The translations under genes were made by a program, and so were the position numbers. From a virus (lineage: Duplodnaviria > Caudoviricetes), in IMG/VR virus record IMGVR_UViG_3300037424_001991, positions 1-43,407 of that record: a stretch of DNA of 43,407 nt. One strand, given 5' to 3'. This document shows positions 1-9,245 of the stretch, in pieces; within the stretch, counting starts at the first letter, position 1; each line of letters starts with the position of its first letter. The notes under the pieces were generated by a model. The model saw nothing but the letters and a program-made list of their open reading frames with translations, was not told the DNA's origin and searched no databases.

Positions 1-201
1 ATGGCAGAAGGCACTGTTAAATGGTTTAACGATTCAAAGGGTTTTGGTTTTATTGAGCAGGACGGCGGCAAGGATGTATTCGTACATCATTCCGCAATTC
101 AGGCGCAGGGCTTCAAGTCCTTGCAGGAAGGCGCCCGGGTAACCTTCGACGTTGTCGACGGCCCCAAGGGACCCTCCGCAGCCAATGTTGTTCAACGCTA
201 A
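1..201 (+). CDS. cspA: Cold-shock protein (host gene)
   Basis: 66 aa with GTVKWFN, KGFGFI (RNP1) and VFVHHS (RNP2); lies outside the att repeat. Confidence 0.95.
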   Translation: MAEGTVKWFNDSKGFGFIEQDGGKDVFVHHSAIQAQGFKSLQEGARVTFDVVDGPKGPSAANVVQR

Positions 202-221
202 AACCTGTTGAATGATATTTT

Positions 222-250
222 AAGGCCCCGCCTCGGCGGGGCTTTTTTTT
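222..250 (+). terminator. Rho-independent terminator of csp gene
   Basis: GCCCCGCC-TC-GGCGGGGC hairpin followed by T8. Confidence 0.85.
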
Positions 251-270
251 GTATATTTTTTTGCCGGAAT

Positions 271-304
271 AAAAAATGGTTTACGGATAATTCCGTAAAC
301 CATT
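271..304 (-). terminator. Terminator downstream of the displaced host tRNA 3' half
   Basis: AATGGTTTACGGA-TAAT-TCCGTAAACCATT hairpin with a T-run on the minus strand, just past the CCA end. Confidence 0.7.
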
Positions 305-312
305 CATTTTAC

Positions 313-360
313 TGGAGCCAACGAGGAGAGTCGAACTCCTGACCTACTGATTACGAATCA
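313..360 (-). repeat. Left att site: 3' half of tRNA-Thr(CGT)
   Basis: 48-bp direct repeat of 43360-43407 with 4 mismatches. The minus strand reads TGATTCGTAATCA...GGAGTTCGACTCTCC...CCA. Adjacent to the integrase. Confidence 0.95.
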
Positions 361-434
361 AGATTTTTGTGTAATATCTTTTTGTTTTTGCGTTGATATT
401 AGCTTTGGAAAATTGCCTACGTAGACACAGTTTC

Positions 435-1460
435 TCACTCCCGCCCCTTCCGCATTGCCGCAGTTTTGTCCTGGGCCTCCACCAGTCGCCTGGTTTGCAC
501 TTGTGTGTAGATGGTGGTGGTGCTGATGTTGGTGTGGCCCATGGCATTTTGTACCAGGCGGAGGTCGCCTGTTGCTTCGAGGGTGTCGGTGGCGTAGGCG
601 TGGCGGAATTTGTGGTGGGTCATTTTGTAGGGCAGGCCGGCTTTTTTTGAGGCGCTGGCCAGGAGGGCCTTGATGCTTTTCAGGGGCATGCCGGTTTTGG
701 GGTTGAGGAATACCCAGCCGGTGGCCTGGCGCCGGTCGAACATCAGGGCCCGGAACTCTTCGGGCAGGGGGAGCTGCAGCGGCCTGCCGCCTTTGAGGCG
801 CACGGTGATGATCCCCCGCTCCCAGTTGACCTCTTCCCAGCGGATCTGGGCGGTGGAGGTTATCCGGCCCCCGGTGGTCCACATCAGCAGGACCAGGGCC
901 TTTTTTACCGGGTCGGCGATATGCCGCAGCACGGCCAGCACCTCGGAGGGCATGGGCACTGTAGGCAGGGGCCGGTGGTATTTCGGGGTTTCTGGGCTGA
1001 AATGGAGCGGAGCGGCGTACCCCTGCTTGACCATCCATGTGATCATTCCCCGGAGGTAGTGGATCTCCTTCTGGTTGGTGCGTTTTTTGTCCGGCCGCAG
1101 GGCGACAAAGTCGGTGATATGCGCCGGCCTGATCTGAGCCACGGTGAGCTTGCCAAAGATCCGCATGATCTTGGGCATGGCCTGCTTGACATCGGCATGG
1201 GTGCTGGCGGCCCGGTTGAGTTGGTGCCAGCGCAGGTATTCGGGCAGGGTGGCGTCCAGAGGCAAGAATACAGTTTTGGCGCTCCCAGCCCGGTTGAGCC
1301 CCGCGTTTTCCCGGATCGATTGTTCGTAGAGCACTGCCTCTTCCCTGGTGCCCTCGAATTGTTTACGCCTGCGTGGTCCGTTGCGCCCCTCCGGATACCA
1401 GTCGATGCGCCAGACGGCTTTGCCAGGCTCTTTTGCGTGCCGAACGAATTTCATTGCCAT
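435..1460 (-). CDS. int: Phage integrase (tyrosine recombinase)
   Basis: TGGRI...K...HKFRH...MGH...TTIY catalytic pattern; N-terminal arm-binding-like region; next to att. Confidence 0.95.
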   Translation of the reverse strand: MAMKFVRHAKEPGKAVWRIDWYPEGRNGPRRRKQFEGTREEAVLYEQSIRENAGLNRAGSAKTVFLPLDATLPEYLRWHQLNRAASTHADVKQAMPKIMRIFGKLTVAQIRPAHITDFVALRPDKKRTNQKEIHYLRGMITWMVKQGYAAPLHFSPETPKYHRPLPTVPMPSEVLAVLRHIADPVKKALVLLMWTTGGRITSTAQIRWEEVNWERGIITVRLKGGRPLQLPLPEEFRALMFDRRQATGWVFLNPKTGMPLKSIKALLASASKKAGLPYKMTHHKFRHAYATDTLEATGDLRLVQNAMGHTNISTTTIYTQVQTRRLVEAQDKTAAMRKGRE

Positions 1461-1951
1461 CAGCGCACCCTTATGCCCACCATTCCGAGAGTTTTACCAT
1501 TGCATATCCCGGTGACCGTTATCAGTTCGCCATGCTTTAGCCCGGCGACAAAGGCATTATTACGCCCCCCATCGAATGTCACCATGACTTGCGCGGAGAA
1601 TATCCCGGTAGAAAGAGTAACGACCGGGCTGTCGAATGCCTTACTGATTCCGCTGACCAGGCCGCTGACCTTTATCAGTTTGTTTTCGTAGAGCTGGTCG
1701 GCGGCAATTTCGTTTTGCTCATAGGCACTGTATAGCTGCGTTGATGTTATCTCGATGGGCCTGATCGTTTCTTGCCTGTCCTGCTTGTTTTCAGAAAGCG
1801 ACATTGCGATAATAACCAGAGCGATCAGGATTAGAAGCCAGGTGGCGCCACGAGACATACCCCCGCCCGGCCTGGATATTCCGCAATGCGGGCATGACTT
1901 CGCGGAGCTGCTGATATGGGCACCGCATTCTTTGCAGGATTTTATGGCCAT
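1460..1951 (-). CDS. Zinc-ribbon + transmembrane + OB-fold (tRNA_anti-like) protein
   Basis: CKECG...CPHCG, a hydrophobic helix, then YEQNEIAADQLYENKLIKVSGLV typical of tRNA_anti-like domains. Confidence 0.75.
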   Translation of the reverse strand: MAIKSCKECGAHISSSAKSCPHCGISRPGGGMSRGATWLLILIALVIIAMSLSENKQDRQETIRPIEITSTQLYSAYEQNEIAADQLYENKLIKVSGLVSGISKAFDSPVVTLSTGIFSAQVMVTFDGGRNNAFVAGLKHGELITVTGICNGKTLGMVGIRVR

Positions 1952-1975
1952 TCGTTGGGGTATCCACGCCTTTTT

Positions 1976-2614
1976 TCACATGCTGAACGCGATCCTGGAC
2001 CAATGATCTTCGGAGATGATCGAAGGCTTTTTCGTTTTCTCACGGTACTCGCTTGCCTTCTCTATCTTGCGGCCATAAGAAGTGTGAGCCCAGTCCCTGC
2101 TGGAGAATGTCCCTATGACAAGATAGTCGATGGACATGGTGACGATATCTTGCACTTTCCCGCCCCGATCTATCACCACCTCTTCGCATAATTGCCGGGG
2201 GCCATAGGCGAATTTGCCGGTGAGGCAAAAGGACATGGTCGGGAATTCCACCATCGGCGGCGGTGAGCATAACGGGAACGATGCCGCCATATTTACCGGC
2301 TGCACCATGATGTTTTCCCCTGTGTAGTCTCGCAGGATACCGAGCAGCTCGATCTTTTCTTCGTCATCAAGGATGCCATCGATAAGCATTTCGTGGATGC
2401 GGCAATACAGTTGGTTTACGAGCCGATCTTCACAGAAGGAAATGTTGCACTCCATCCACGACCGCAAGAATTCAGCTTCTTTTTGGTTTACGGTGGCATC
2501 GGCGACAATACCTCTGGCCATGCCGATCAGTTCGTCTATGGCCCGATCATTTACGCGTTTTCGCCCGTAAAGCCGGTTTAAAGGTTGGCCATCGTCGTCA
2601 AACATATCCCTCAC
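1976..2614 (-). CDS. BRCT-domain protein
   Basis: C-terminal FCLTGKF...GG...DYLVIG...YGRKIEKA...IISEDHW BRCT pattern. Confidence 0.8.
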   Translation of the reverse strand: MRDMFDDDGQPLNRLYGRKRVNDRAIDELIGMARGIVADATVNQKEAEFLRSWMECNISFCEDRLVNQLYCRIHEMLIDGILDDEEKIELLGILRDYTGENIMVQPVNMAASFPLCSPPPMVEFPTMSFCLTGKFAYGPRQLCEEVVIDRGGKVQDIVTMSIDYLVIGTFSSRDWAHTSYGRKIEKASEYREKTKKPSIISEDHWSRIAFSM

Positions 2615-2667
2615 CCCAGGTTTAAGTTGTCAGGCTTTGAACCGATACGGTTTTGGGCACAACCAGC

Positions 2668-3180
2668 CTAAGCACTTTTTGCCGCGTCTCTTTTTTCGCC
2701 GTCCTGTTCTCGGGCCGACAGCTCAGGGCTGACGAATTTTGAAAAAGACTGATACCGGCGCACGATATCCTCGTAAAACATCAAGGCCTGTTCCTCTTGG
2801 CCGTCAAAAGTCTCATCCATCCAGGCCACGATCTTGCGCAGCATGTAGTTCTTGACCGTGGCCCTTTTCCCGTTATCGACCAGCCGTTTGGCTGCCTCAG
2901 CGTTTCCTGGCTGGACGGTGGCGGTAATTTCCGCTACCTTTAGTGGAGTGGCTTTTCCGGTAACGAGTTCCTCAAAAGTAGTTTCACCAAGCTTTACGAT
3001 CTGGGCGAGTATGTCCAGGCTCGGGTTAATCGACCCGGTTTCGTATCCTGACACTGTCCCTTTTGTTTTTCCAGCCCCCTCGCAATCCAGCATTTTCCCG
3101 AAATCGCTCTGATTCAACCCGAGTTTCTTGCGGATAAGCCGTATTCTTTCGCCTCTGGCCCTGCTTTCTTTTGTTTCCAT
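2668..3180 (-). CDS. CI-like XRE HTH repressor
   Basis: RIRLIRKKLGLNQSDFG...TVSGYETG HTH; divergent from a second HTH gene. Start chosen at ATG 3180. Confidence 0.85.
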   Translation of the reverse strand: METKESRARGERIRLIRKKLGLNQSDFGKMLDCEGAGKTKGTVSGYETGSINPSLDILAQIVKLGETTFEELVTGKATPLKVAEITATVQPGNAEAAKRLVDNGKRATVKNYMLRKIVAWMDETFDGQEEQALMFYEDIVRRYQSFSKFVSPELSAREQDGEKRDAAKSA

Positions 3181-3366
3181 ACTAAGATTTTTACCCTTGT
3201 TTCTTGTTACGTCAAACAAGTTTTACAAAATAAAACTATAAGGGTTAAGATTTTATAATTACTAAACTAATTCAAAGATATTGCCAAAATGTACCGTTAT
3301 GTAAAATTTTACGCTTGACTGTTCAGTATTGCTGAATAATAATGGGGAAAAGTTCAGGAGGAACAG
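3181..3366. promoter_or_regulatory. Immunity switch region (divergent promoters and operators)
   Basis: AT-rich intergenic region. TTGACT at 3315 followed by the palindrome TTCAG-N5-CTGAA; palindrome GTAAAATTTTAC at 3301-3312 with related TAAGATTTT motifs; AGGAGG RBS. Confidence 0.7.
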
Positions 3367-3924
3367 ATGATAGGAAGCGTATTGAGGGCGGCGAGGAAAA
3401 AAAGAGGCTGGACACTTGACCAACTCGGCGACGTAGTTGGACTGACCAAGGGTACGCTCTCGAGCTATGAGAACGACAACACCAAGGGCGGCCCGGATAC
3501 CGAAACCCTCTGCAAGATCGCCGACGCCCTCAACGATCTATCCATCCTGGTCAGCCACTGCCAGTCCTGCCCGGTGCGCAAACACATCTTCCTCAAGCAG
3601 TTTCCCGAGCTTAACAACATCCGCCGCGACCCGGCGATCATCGCCGCCAGGCTCCGCAAGGAGATGGTCGAAGCAACCGAGGCTCTGGATCGACTTACCG
3701 AGCGTTTTTCCGATGCCGATTTCAAAACCAGACCGGATTATCAGGAGTTTTTCGAGCGGGAGATGGAGCAGGTGGTGGATGCCGAGCGCGCCATTGAGAT
3801 CCTCAAGTTCGAGCTGATACTCTCCGGCACCCATTCCAGCGCGGATATACAGAGGGTATACGAACGCCAGCAGCAGAAGTGCATCGACAATGGGCACCAC
3901 AAACCAGAGGGGGAAGCGGCATGA
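3367..3924 (+). CDS. Cro/CII-like XRE HTH regulator
   Basis: LRAARKKRGWTLDQLG...TLSSYEN HTH with strong RBS. Confidence 0.85.
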   Translation: MIGSVLRAARKKRGWTLDQLGDVVGLTKGTLSSYENDNTKGGPDTETLCKIADALNDLSILVSHCQSCPVRKHIFLKQFPELNNIRRDPAIIAARLRKEMVEATEALDRLTERFSDADFKTRPDYQEFFEREMEQVVDAERAIEILKFELILSGTHSSADIQRVYERQQQKCIDNGHHKPEGEAA

Positions 3925-4208
3925 GTTTTGAAACCTCCTCCACCCTGTCCATTAACGGCGTTGAGCTCACGCTTTCCGTGCGCGTTTTAGACGAAGGTCT
4001 TCGCAATATTTACGGAGTGCAGCCACTTTTTTCCGTATCCGAAGAGCCTCCAGCCGATCTTCTCCCTCACATTCTTCCGGTAATGCCTCGCGCGCTAAGT
4101 CAAGCGCACGATCTAATTTCTGAAAATCTATTACGGGCATCTGTTGACCTCATAGAAAGCTCCATCAACGAAGGGAAGGGCCATAAACCAGGGGAGGAAG
4201 CGGCATGA
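3921..4208 (+). CDS. Hypothetical early protein
   Basis: ATGA overlaps at both ends. Confidence 0.6.
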   Translation: MSFETSSTLSINGVELTLSVRVLDEGLRNIYGVQPLFSVSEEPPADLLPHILPVMPRALSQAHDLISENLLRASVDLIESSINEGKGHKPGEEAA

Positions 4209-4405
4209 ACGAGCAGAAAGCAGAGTCACTTATCGGTACAGAGGTTAGCTGTCGGCCCCCGTATCACGAGAATGTCCAGGTGTTCAAGATAGCCGATGTG
4301 GCCCGCTTTCATGGCAGGCCGCTGCTTGTTCTTGAAAATGGGTACCAAGCATCCGTCACGGAGTGTTCTCTCCTGGATGGCGGGATGCTTCCGCAAGTTC
4401 AGTGA
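4205..4405 (+). CDS. Hypothetical early protein
   Basis: GGAGG RBS and ATGA coupling. Confidence 0.6.
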   Translation: MNEQKAESLIGTEVSCRPPYHENVQVFKIADVARFHGRPLLVLENGYQASVTECSLLDGGMLPQVQ

Positions 4406-4589
4406 TGGCATTGGCTATGCCATCGAGTGAGGAGGCCAGCTCCTTGCCGGTATCGCGGAGGGTCATGGCGAGTCCCTCGATGGCGCCGGGGCTGAGATCG
4501 TCCCTGGCAATGTTTCCATTACCGAGTAATCGTAGGCTTTTGGCGATATCGAAAAGGGCCTCTGCGATGAGTTCGTTTTTGTCAGACAT
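4356..4589 (-). CDS. Hypothetical protein, opposite strand to the early operon
   Basis: AAGGAG RBS 7 nt before the ATG; helical-looking sequence. Confidence 0.6.
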   Translation of the reverse strand: MSDKNELIAEALFDIAKSLRLLGNGNIARDDLSPGAIEGLAMTLRDTGKELASSLDGIANAITELAEASRHPGENTP

Positions 4590-4718
4590 GAACGGTCTCC
4601 TTGGGAAAAAAGGCTTAGGAACAATGAAGCCGCGCTGAATCCTGGCTTGTGGGGTGGTTTAGATGATCCTATCAGGGACGGGCAAAGATTTGCAACACCT
4701 AAAAATGGAGCAGGTGGC

Positions 4719-5126
4719 ATGAACCAGAGCACGCTTTTCAACTCAACCAAAAGTTGCCCGTCCATCTTTGAGCAGACCGGATGGGAGCGATGCCATCCGA
4801 AACAGATCTGCCAGGAGATAGAGGTGCTGACCCAGATAAGCTCCTACTCCTACGACTTGAGCGATCAGGGGTTTGTTGCTTATTTTGCTTCCCGGACCGG
4901 GGTGTTGCTTACGGACGATCCGAGAGCTCGCTTTTCCCTCACCTCGCCATGGAATGAGGCCGAAGCGTGGCTACTCAACAGCCAGGAGTTCACCTATCTG
5001 GAAAACGGATTGCCGGTGGCCTCATGGGATCGCCCGCCCTTCGTCAGTATGTACCGCATCCTGCGCGGCCAGCTCCAGGATTGCTGGGAGCTGTACCAGG
5101 TGGAGTTGATGGAGCAGGCGGCATGA
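4719..5126 (+). CDS. Hypothetical early protein
   Basis: GGAG/AGGT RBS before ATG 4719; ends EQAA with ATGA overlap. Confidence 0.6.
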   Translation: MNQSTLFNSTKSCPSIFEQTGWERCHPKQICQEIEVLTQISSYSYDLSDQGFVAYFASRTGVLLTDDPRARFSLTSPWNEAEAWLLNSQEFTYLENGLPVASWDRPPFVSMYRILRGQLQDCWELYQVELMEQAA

Positions 5127-5347
5127 CTTCCGCCGCCTCCATCATCCTCGCCCGCCTCGATGAAATCGAGCGGCAAAACCAACAGGTGCTGGCATTGCTG
5201 GCCAAGATGGCAGGGGAAAACCCTCCCCCTCCCCAGGCCGAGGAAGAAATATCCGTATCGCGCCGCATGGAGATCCGGCAGATGGCCTTTGAGGCCACCC
5301 GCACTCCCGGCAAAAAGAAACCATCCCGCCAAGAGGCTAGGGCCTGA
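5123..5347 (+). CDS. Hypothetical early protein
   Basis: ATGA coupled; coiled-coil-like N-terminus. Confidence 0.55.
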   Translation: MTSAASIILARLDEIERQNQQVLALLAKMAGENPPPPQAEEEISVSRRMEIRQMAFEATRTPGKKKPSRQEARA

Positions 5348-5537
5348 TGCCAATCGGTAACGCCACCGAACCTTCACGAACCTTTTTTCGTGGACCATCT
5401 CCAAGGCTGGCCGCCGCCCAGCCATCTAATCAGGCCAGCGGCGAATCATTACCTGATTTTAAACAGCCAGAGTTATCAGGAAAGATCATGGTGCTGGAGG
5501 AAATGATCCGGCAGGAACTCTGTTAAGGAGAACCGCA

Positions 5538-5738
5538 ATGGAAGAGCAAAAAGCGCCTGGCTTCTCTTCTTCCCCGCCCACGGTAGATCTGGCCCTGGAC
5601 TCCATTCAGGCCAGCGATATCGAGCGGGAGGTAGTGCACCGGGTTTGCCGGGTGGACGGAGCCAGGAGCGCATTGCGGGTGGTCAAGGAGTACCGCGCCG
5701 CAAGGCAGCAATCAATACAACCAATGGTGAGGGTATGA
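5538..5738 (+). CDS. Hypothetical protein
   Basis: AAGGAG RBS. Confidence 0.55.
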   Translation: MEEQKAPGFSSSPPTVDLALDSIQASDIEREVVHRVCRVDGARSALRVVKEYRAARQQSIQPMVRV

Positions 5739-5959
5739 AAGAATGTCCACAAAGAGACGCTCTGCACAGCTCCGGGATAGCCGCCCTGCTGGTGGTATTT
5801 CTCCTGGTAGTGGGATGGCCGGCGGTGATGATGGCCTGCGCAGCAAGCTCGAACGCCCAGAGATCTGCCCCAAATCGCATCGATCAACTCATGGTGGAGC
5901 GCTCTGTTCTTTGTGCGGCCGCCAATGTGAGTTTGCCTGATTACGGATTTACTCCATGA
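5735..5959 (+). CDS. Small membrane protein
   Basis: ATGA overlap; one hydrophobic segment. Confidence 0.45.
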   Translation: MKECPQRDALHSSGIAALLVVFLLVVGWPAVMMACAASSNAQRSAPNRIDQLMVERSVLCAAANVSLPDYGFTP

Positions 5960-6086
5960 GCAAGGCGGCAGCTGATATCCGCTTTTGCTCACAATGCAAA
6001 TGGCGGACGGCGGTTGGTTGCCCGAGCAGATCAGGCCGGGGTTGCCCGGCCTGGGCGCCGGACGAATGAGAAAAATAGGAGGGGAT

Positions 6087-6302
6087 ATGGAAGGAATCAC
6101 ATTTAAGCCTACACATAAGCTGCTTTTGTGTTGCAGCGCCATGCCTGTGTTGCCTGCCACAGATGATGAGCGTCGTTTTTTTAAGAAAATAGAGACCATG
6201 GATTTCAAAGGCCGCTGTTTCATTGTCAATGAAACGGACGAAGGCCGCAAGTTCAGCGCCGAGAGGTGCAAACGGCTGACTGCGGAGTCAGACCTGGATT
6301 GA
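6087..6302 (+). CDS. Hypothetical protein
   Basis: AGGAGG RBS before ATG 6087. Confidence 0.55.
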   Translation: MEGITFKPTHKLLLCCSAMPVLPATDDERRFFKKIETMDFKGRCFIVNETDEGRKFSAERCKRLTAESDLD

Positions 6303-6480
6303 TGTGTTGAAGAAAGAGCGGCCAGGCACTGAAAAAAGATGCTACCTCCGAGCACTCGGCGACAACCAGGGACGTGCGACCAGCGGTAAAAGTGTTTGTA
6401 AGCCGCAAACAGCAAGGTGCAGATCGCTCTTTCTTGAGCACATCAATCAATAAAGTTTGAGGGAAAACAAGGAGCTGATC

Positions 6481-8388
6481 ATGGGAACAACACAGGAATA
6501 CACCATGCCGGTTGAGCTGACGAAGATAATAAAGCCAATGCCGGCGGGCCTGATCAGGCTGATAACTCTCAAACAGCTGAACACTCAAGCCTATTGGGTG
6601 CGGCCGGTGATAACCGGAGCCCGACCCGGCGTTTGCCCATGTTGCGGCGCGGTCCACCCCATGGCTGCCCACGGAGTATGCGGCGGCTGTTACGAACCCG
6701 CCATCAAAAAAGGCCTCTTTGGCCCTGCCTTGCTGGACCATCTGGCTCACCGGGCGAAATGCGGCAAGAAGATTAGGCCCTCGGGGCCCAAAGCGATCAG
6801 TGGGGAAAAAGTGTACGCCATGGCGCCTGCACTGGCATCGGTTTTGCGGCCGATGTCGCAGGCCGAGGCCGAGACGGCGACCCTCGCCGGGTTGATGAAG
6901 TTTTGGCGCCGCCCTTTAATCAAGCATAGCCAGGTGAGCGCCTGCCCGTGCTGCGGAAAGCAAAGGGCTCTGAAATGCCGTGGGCTATGCTCCGGCTGTA
7001 ACAGCGACAAGGTGGCGAAAAACAATCTTACTGGTCTTGCCCTGTTGCATCATCTATCCCGCCGCGCCAACCATGGACACACAGCCCTGGTGGAATGGCC
7101 TGGCCAGATATTGAGCCAATTCATCGAGGCGGAATGTACACTCTCTCCTCCGCGATCGGTGCTTGTCGCGACCCTTTACTCAGCTTTCTGTCTTTGGCAC
7201 GAGGACAACCTCGACAAAGGACCCCGGCCAAGCCTAAAAGCTTTCGATCACATGATCATGGGTGGCGAGCAGAGTGAGCTGAGTAGAGAATCGTGGCCCG
7301 TAAAGAAAGAGCAGAGAGAAGGCAAATACCATTACTCGGGTATCTCGCTTAAATGTGACCTCAAGGAATCCATCAGCCCGGCTCCGGAGTCGCCATCTCC
7401 TGCGGCTACCCCCCTCGCCGGGGCCGGGCAGGTGGAGTGTAAAGAGCAACAAGCCGCTGGCTTGGAGGGCGTTGCTGTGGCAGTCGCCATTCGCATTGCC
7501 CTGGGGCTCGACATCAAAACGTCGGTGCGGGATCTGCCTGCCCTTGTTGGCAAGCTCGTCGCTGACGTGAAGCACCATAAAGAACAGCATTTAATGCTGG
7601 ATGAGTCCTACTGCAAAGTTTCGATTGCGCTTGGGGCGGCAGAAAACGAACAACTCCCCACTATTGCTACCCTCCGCATGAAAGAGCTGGCCACCACCAA
7701 CGCCAAGGTGGCCGAACTCACCCAGGAGGTCGCCAGCCTGAACCGTCTGCTTGCGAAAACACCCATGGACGGCTTGGCCGAGGCTGCGGAAGAGCAGGGC
7801 TTTTCTTGGAGTGCGGCCGCCGCGCTGATGTCCATCTGCACTGCCCTTTGCCTCGACCAGCAGACGCCCCTGGAAGAGATCGTCAAACACATCGGCAGTC
7901 TTGTGGAACAGCGTGACATGCTGGAGCAGGAGTCGCGGGCTGTCGCCATTGCCCTGTGTGCCGGAGAGGATGACAATCTGGCCCTGATCGCCCTCCGTGC
8001 GATGGACGAAGCACAAAAGGCGGCTTGCCTCTGCGCACCAGCCGCCACCGAGGAGGCAATCGTTGCCAAGTGGTCCGGGTTGCCGGTGCCTGATGGTTAC
8101 GAGGCCTTGACCGATGTTATGACCGACGCAATCCACCAGGCGGCTTTCGGCAAAGGGTTGGAGCGCCACGCCGACCACCGGCCATTCCACGAGCAGCCCA
8201 TCATGCGGGAGACTGAGGCTGTCGGCCTCGGGCACCCTGCAGGCCAGGCCCGCAAGAAGATCCTGGAGGCGGTGCGCTGCTGCGAGGATCACCCGGAGAG
8301 AGCCATCGCCGATCTGCTCGGCGCCATCAACTACACCGCCGCGCTGGTGATCGCCATCCGTGCCAACCGGGTTGAGCAGGCCGCATGA
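6481..8388 (+). CDS. Large mosaic early protein (two Cys4 zinc-finger repeats, winged-helix-like segment, coiled coils)
   Basis: AAGGAG RBS; CPCCG...CxGC occurs twice; FIEAEC...LYSAFCLW segment resembles the D5 C-terminal domain. Confidence 0.8.
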   Translation: MGTTQEYTMPVELTKIIKPMPAGLIRLITLKQLNTQAYWVRPVITGARPGVCPCCGAVHPMAAHGVCGGCYEPAIKKGLFGPALLDHLAHRAKCGKKIRPSGPKAISGEKVYAMAPALASVLRPMSQAEAETATLAGLMKFWRRPLIKHSQVSACPCCGKQRALKCRGLCSGCNSDKVAKNNLTGLALLHHLSRRANHGHTALVEWPGQILSQFIEAECTLSPPRSVLVATLYSAFCLWHEDNLDKGPRPSLKAFDHMIMGGEQSELSRESWPVKKEQREGKYHYSGISLKCDLKESISPAPESPSPAATPLAGAGQVECKEQQAAGLEGVAVAVAIRIALGLDIKTSVRDLPALVGKLVADVKHHKEQHLMLDESYCKVSIALGAAENEQLPTIATLRMKELATTNAKVAELTQEVASLNRLLAKTPMDGLAEAAEEQGFSWSAAAALMSICTALCLDQQTPLEEIVKHIGSLVEQRDMLEQESRAVAIALCAGEDDNLALIALRAMDEAQKAACLCAPAATEEAIVAKWSGLPVPDGYEALTDVMTDAIHQAAFGKGLERHADHRPFHEQPIMRETEAVGLGHPAGQARKKILEAVRCCEDHPERAIADLLGAINYTAALVIAIRANRVEQAA

Positions 8389-8639
8389 TCGATCCAACAT
8401 GGGGATTAACCGCTGCCAGTGTGATCGGTGCGGGATTGAACGCCATCGGCCGCCGTGCCGGGTTCACCGTCTGGATATTCAGCAACATAGGCTGGGTGGC
8501 CACCAATGCCTCCCGCGGCCTTTGGCCACAGGCCGCGCTCTTTACCGCCTACCTCGGATTTTCCGTGGTGGGCTTTTTCATGTGGTCGCCGCCGGCGGCA
8601 CCCAAGGAACAACCCGAGGTTCATCCTGATGCCCTTTAA
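8385..8639 (+). CDS. Small PnuC-like membrane protein
   Basis: Three hydrophobic segments; GFTVWIFSNIGW motif. Confidence 0.6.
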   Translation: MIDPTWGLTAASVIGAGLNAIGRRAGFTVWIFSNIGWVATNASRGLWPQAALFTAYLGFSVVGFFMWSPPAAPKEQPEVHPDAL

Positions 8640-8970
8640 CTCTGGCATGCTTCTGATAGATGGCCACCGCTTCCCGCAAGCCGATCCCTACGGGCATCCG
8701 CCGGGCCTCCTCGAGGCCTCACCGGTGCAGACCGTTCCGGTGGCCGTACATTCTCACAGGGTTTCGCTCCCCGCCGCCCCCCCCCTCCCCCTTTCTAAAG
8801 AAAGCAGCCCAAAGGTCCATGACGGTCGCGGGTCCTTTGGGGCGATAAAAGCCACACGGGTCAGCGAGCCCCGATTGTTGCGTGCGGGGAAAATCCATGG
8901 GGGGGTGGAATCGTGGAATCGTGTGTCTGGGGTTGCGGCTCTTGCAGAAATGTTGGGGAGGGCAGCGTGA
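8629..8970 (+). CDS. Hypothetical protein
   Basis: Fills the gap between coupled neighbours; GAGG before ATG. Confidence 0.4.
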   Translation: MPFNSGMLLIDGHRFPQADPYGHPPGLLEASPVQTVPVAVHSHRVSLPAAPPLPLSKESSPKVHDGRGSFGAIKATRVSEPRLLRAGKIHGGVESWNRVSGVAALAEMLGRAA

Positions 8971-9245
8971 TTAATTGCCCGCACTGCAATGCGACAGGTG
9001 CCACTCGGCACGGATATACCGGGGATGGTCGGCAGCGGATGCTTTGCCAGTCACCTGATTGCGGCCGGGTTTTTGTTTCAATGACTCTGCGGCCCCGGGT
9101 GAGCCAAACCGCGAAAGAGATCGCCGGGGAGCTGGCAGCCCAGTTGGGTAAGCCGCTCACCGCCGCGATTCTGGCCAAGGCCACCGGACTCAGTGAGCGA
9201 ACAATTTACGCATTGAAAGCAAAACAGGGGGCGGCTGGTGTCTGA
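8967..9245 (+). CDS. Zinc-ribbon + HTH DNA-binding protein (InsA-like fold)
   Basis: CPHC...G...GRQRMLC...CGRVF, then ILAKATGLSERTIY HTH. Confidence 0.7.
   Translation: MINCPHCNATGATRHGYTGDGRQRMLCQSPDCGRVFVSMTLRPRVSQTAKEIAGELAAQLGKPLTAAILAKATGLSERTIYALKAKQGAAGV

Noticed and set aside
8967-9245. IS1 element suggested by the InsA-like protein
   Set aside because: No InsB/transposase or terminal inverted repeats; the gene is coupled within the phage early operon.
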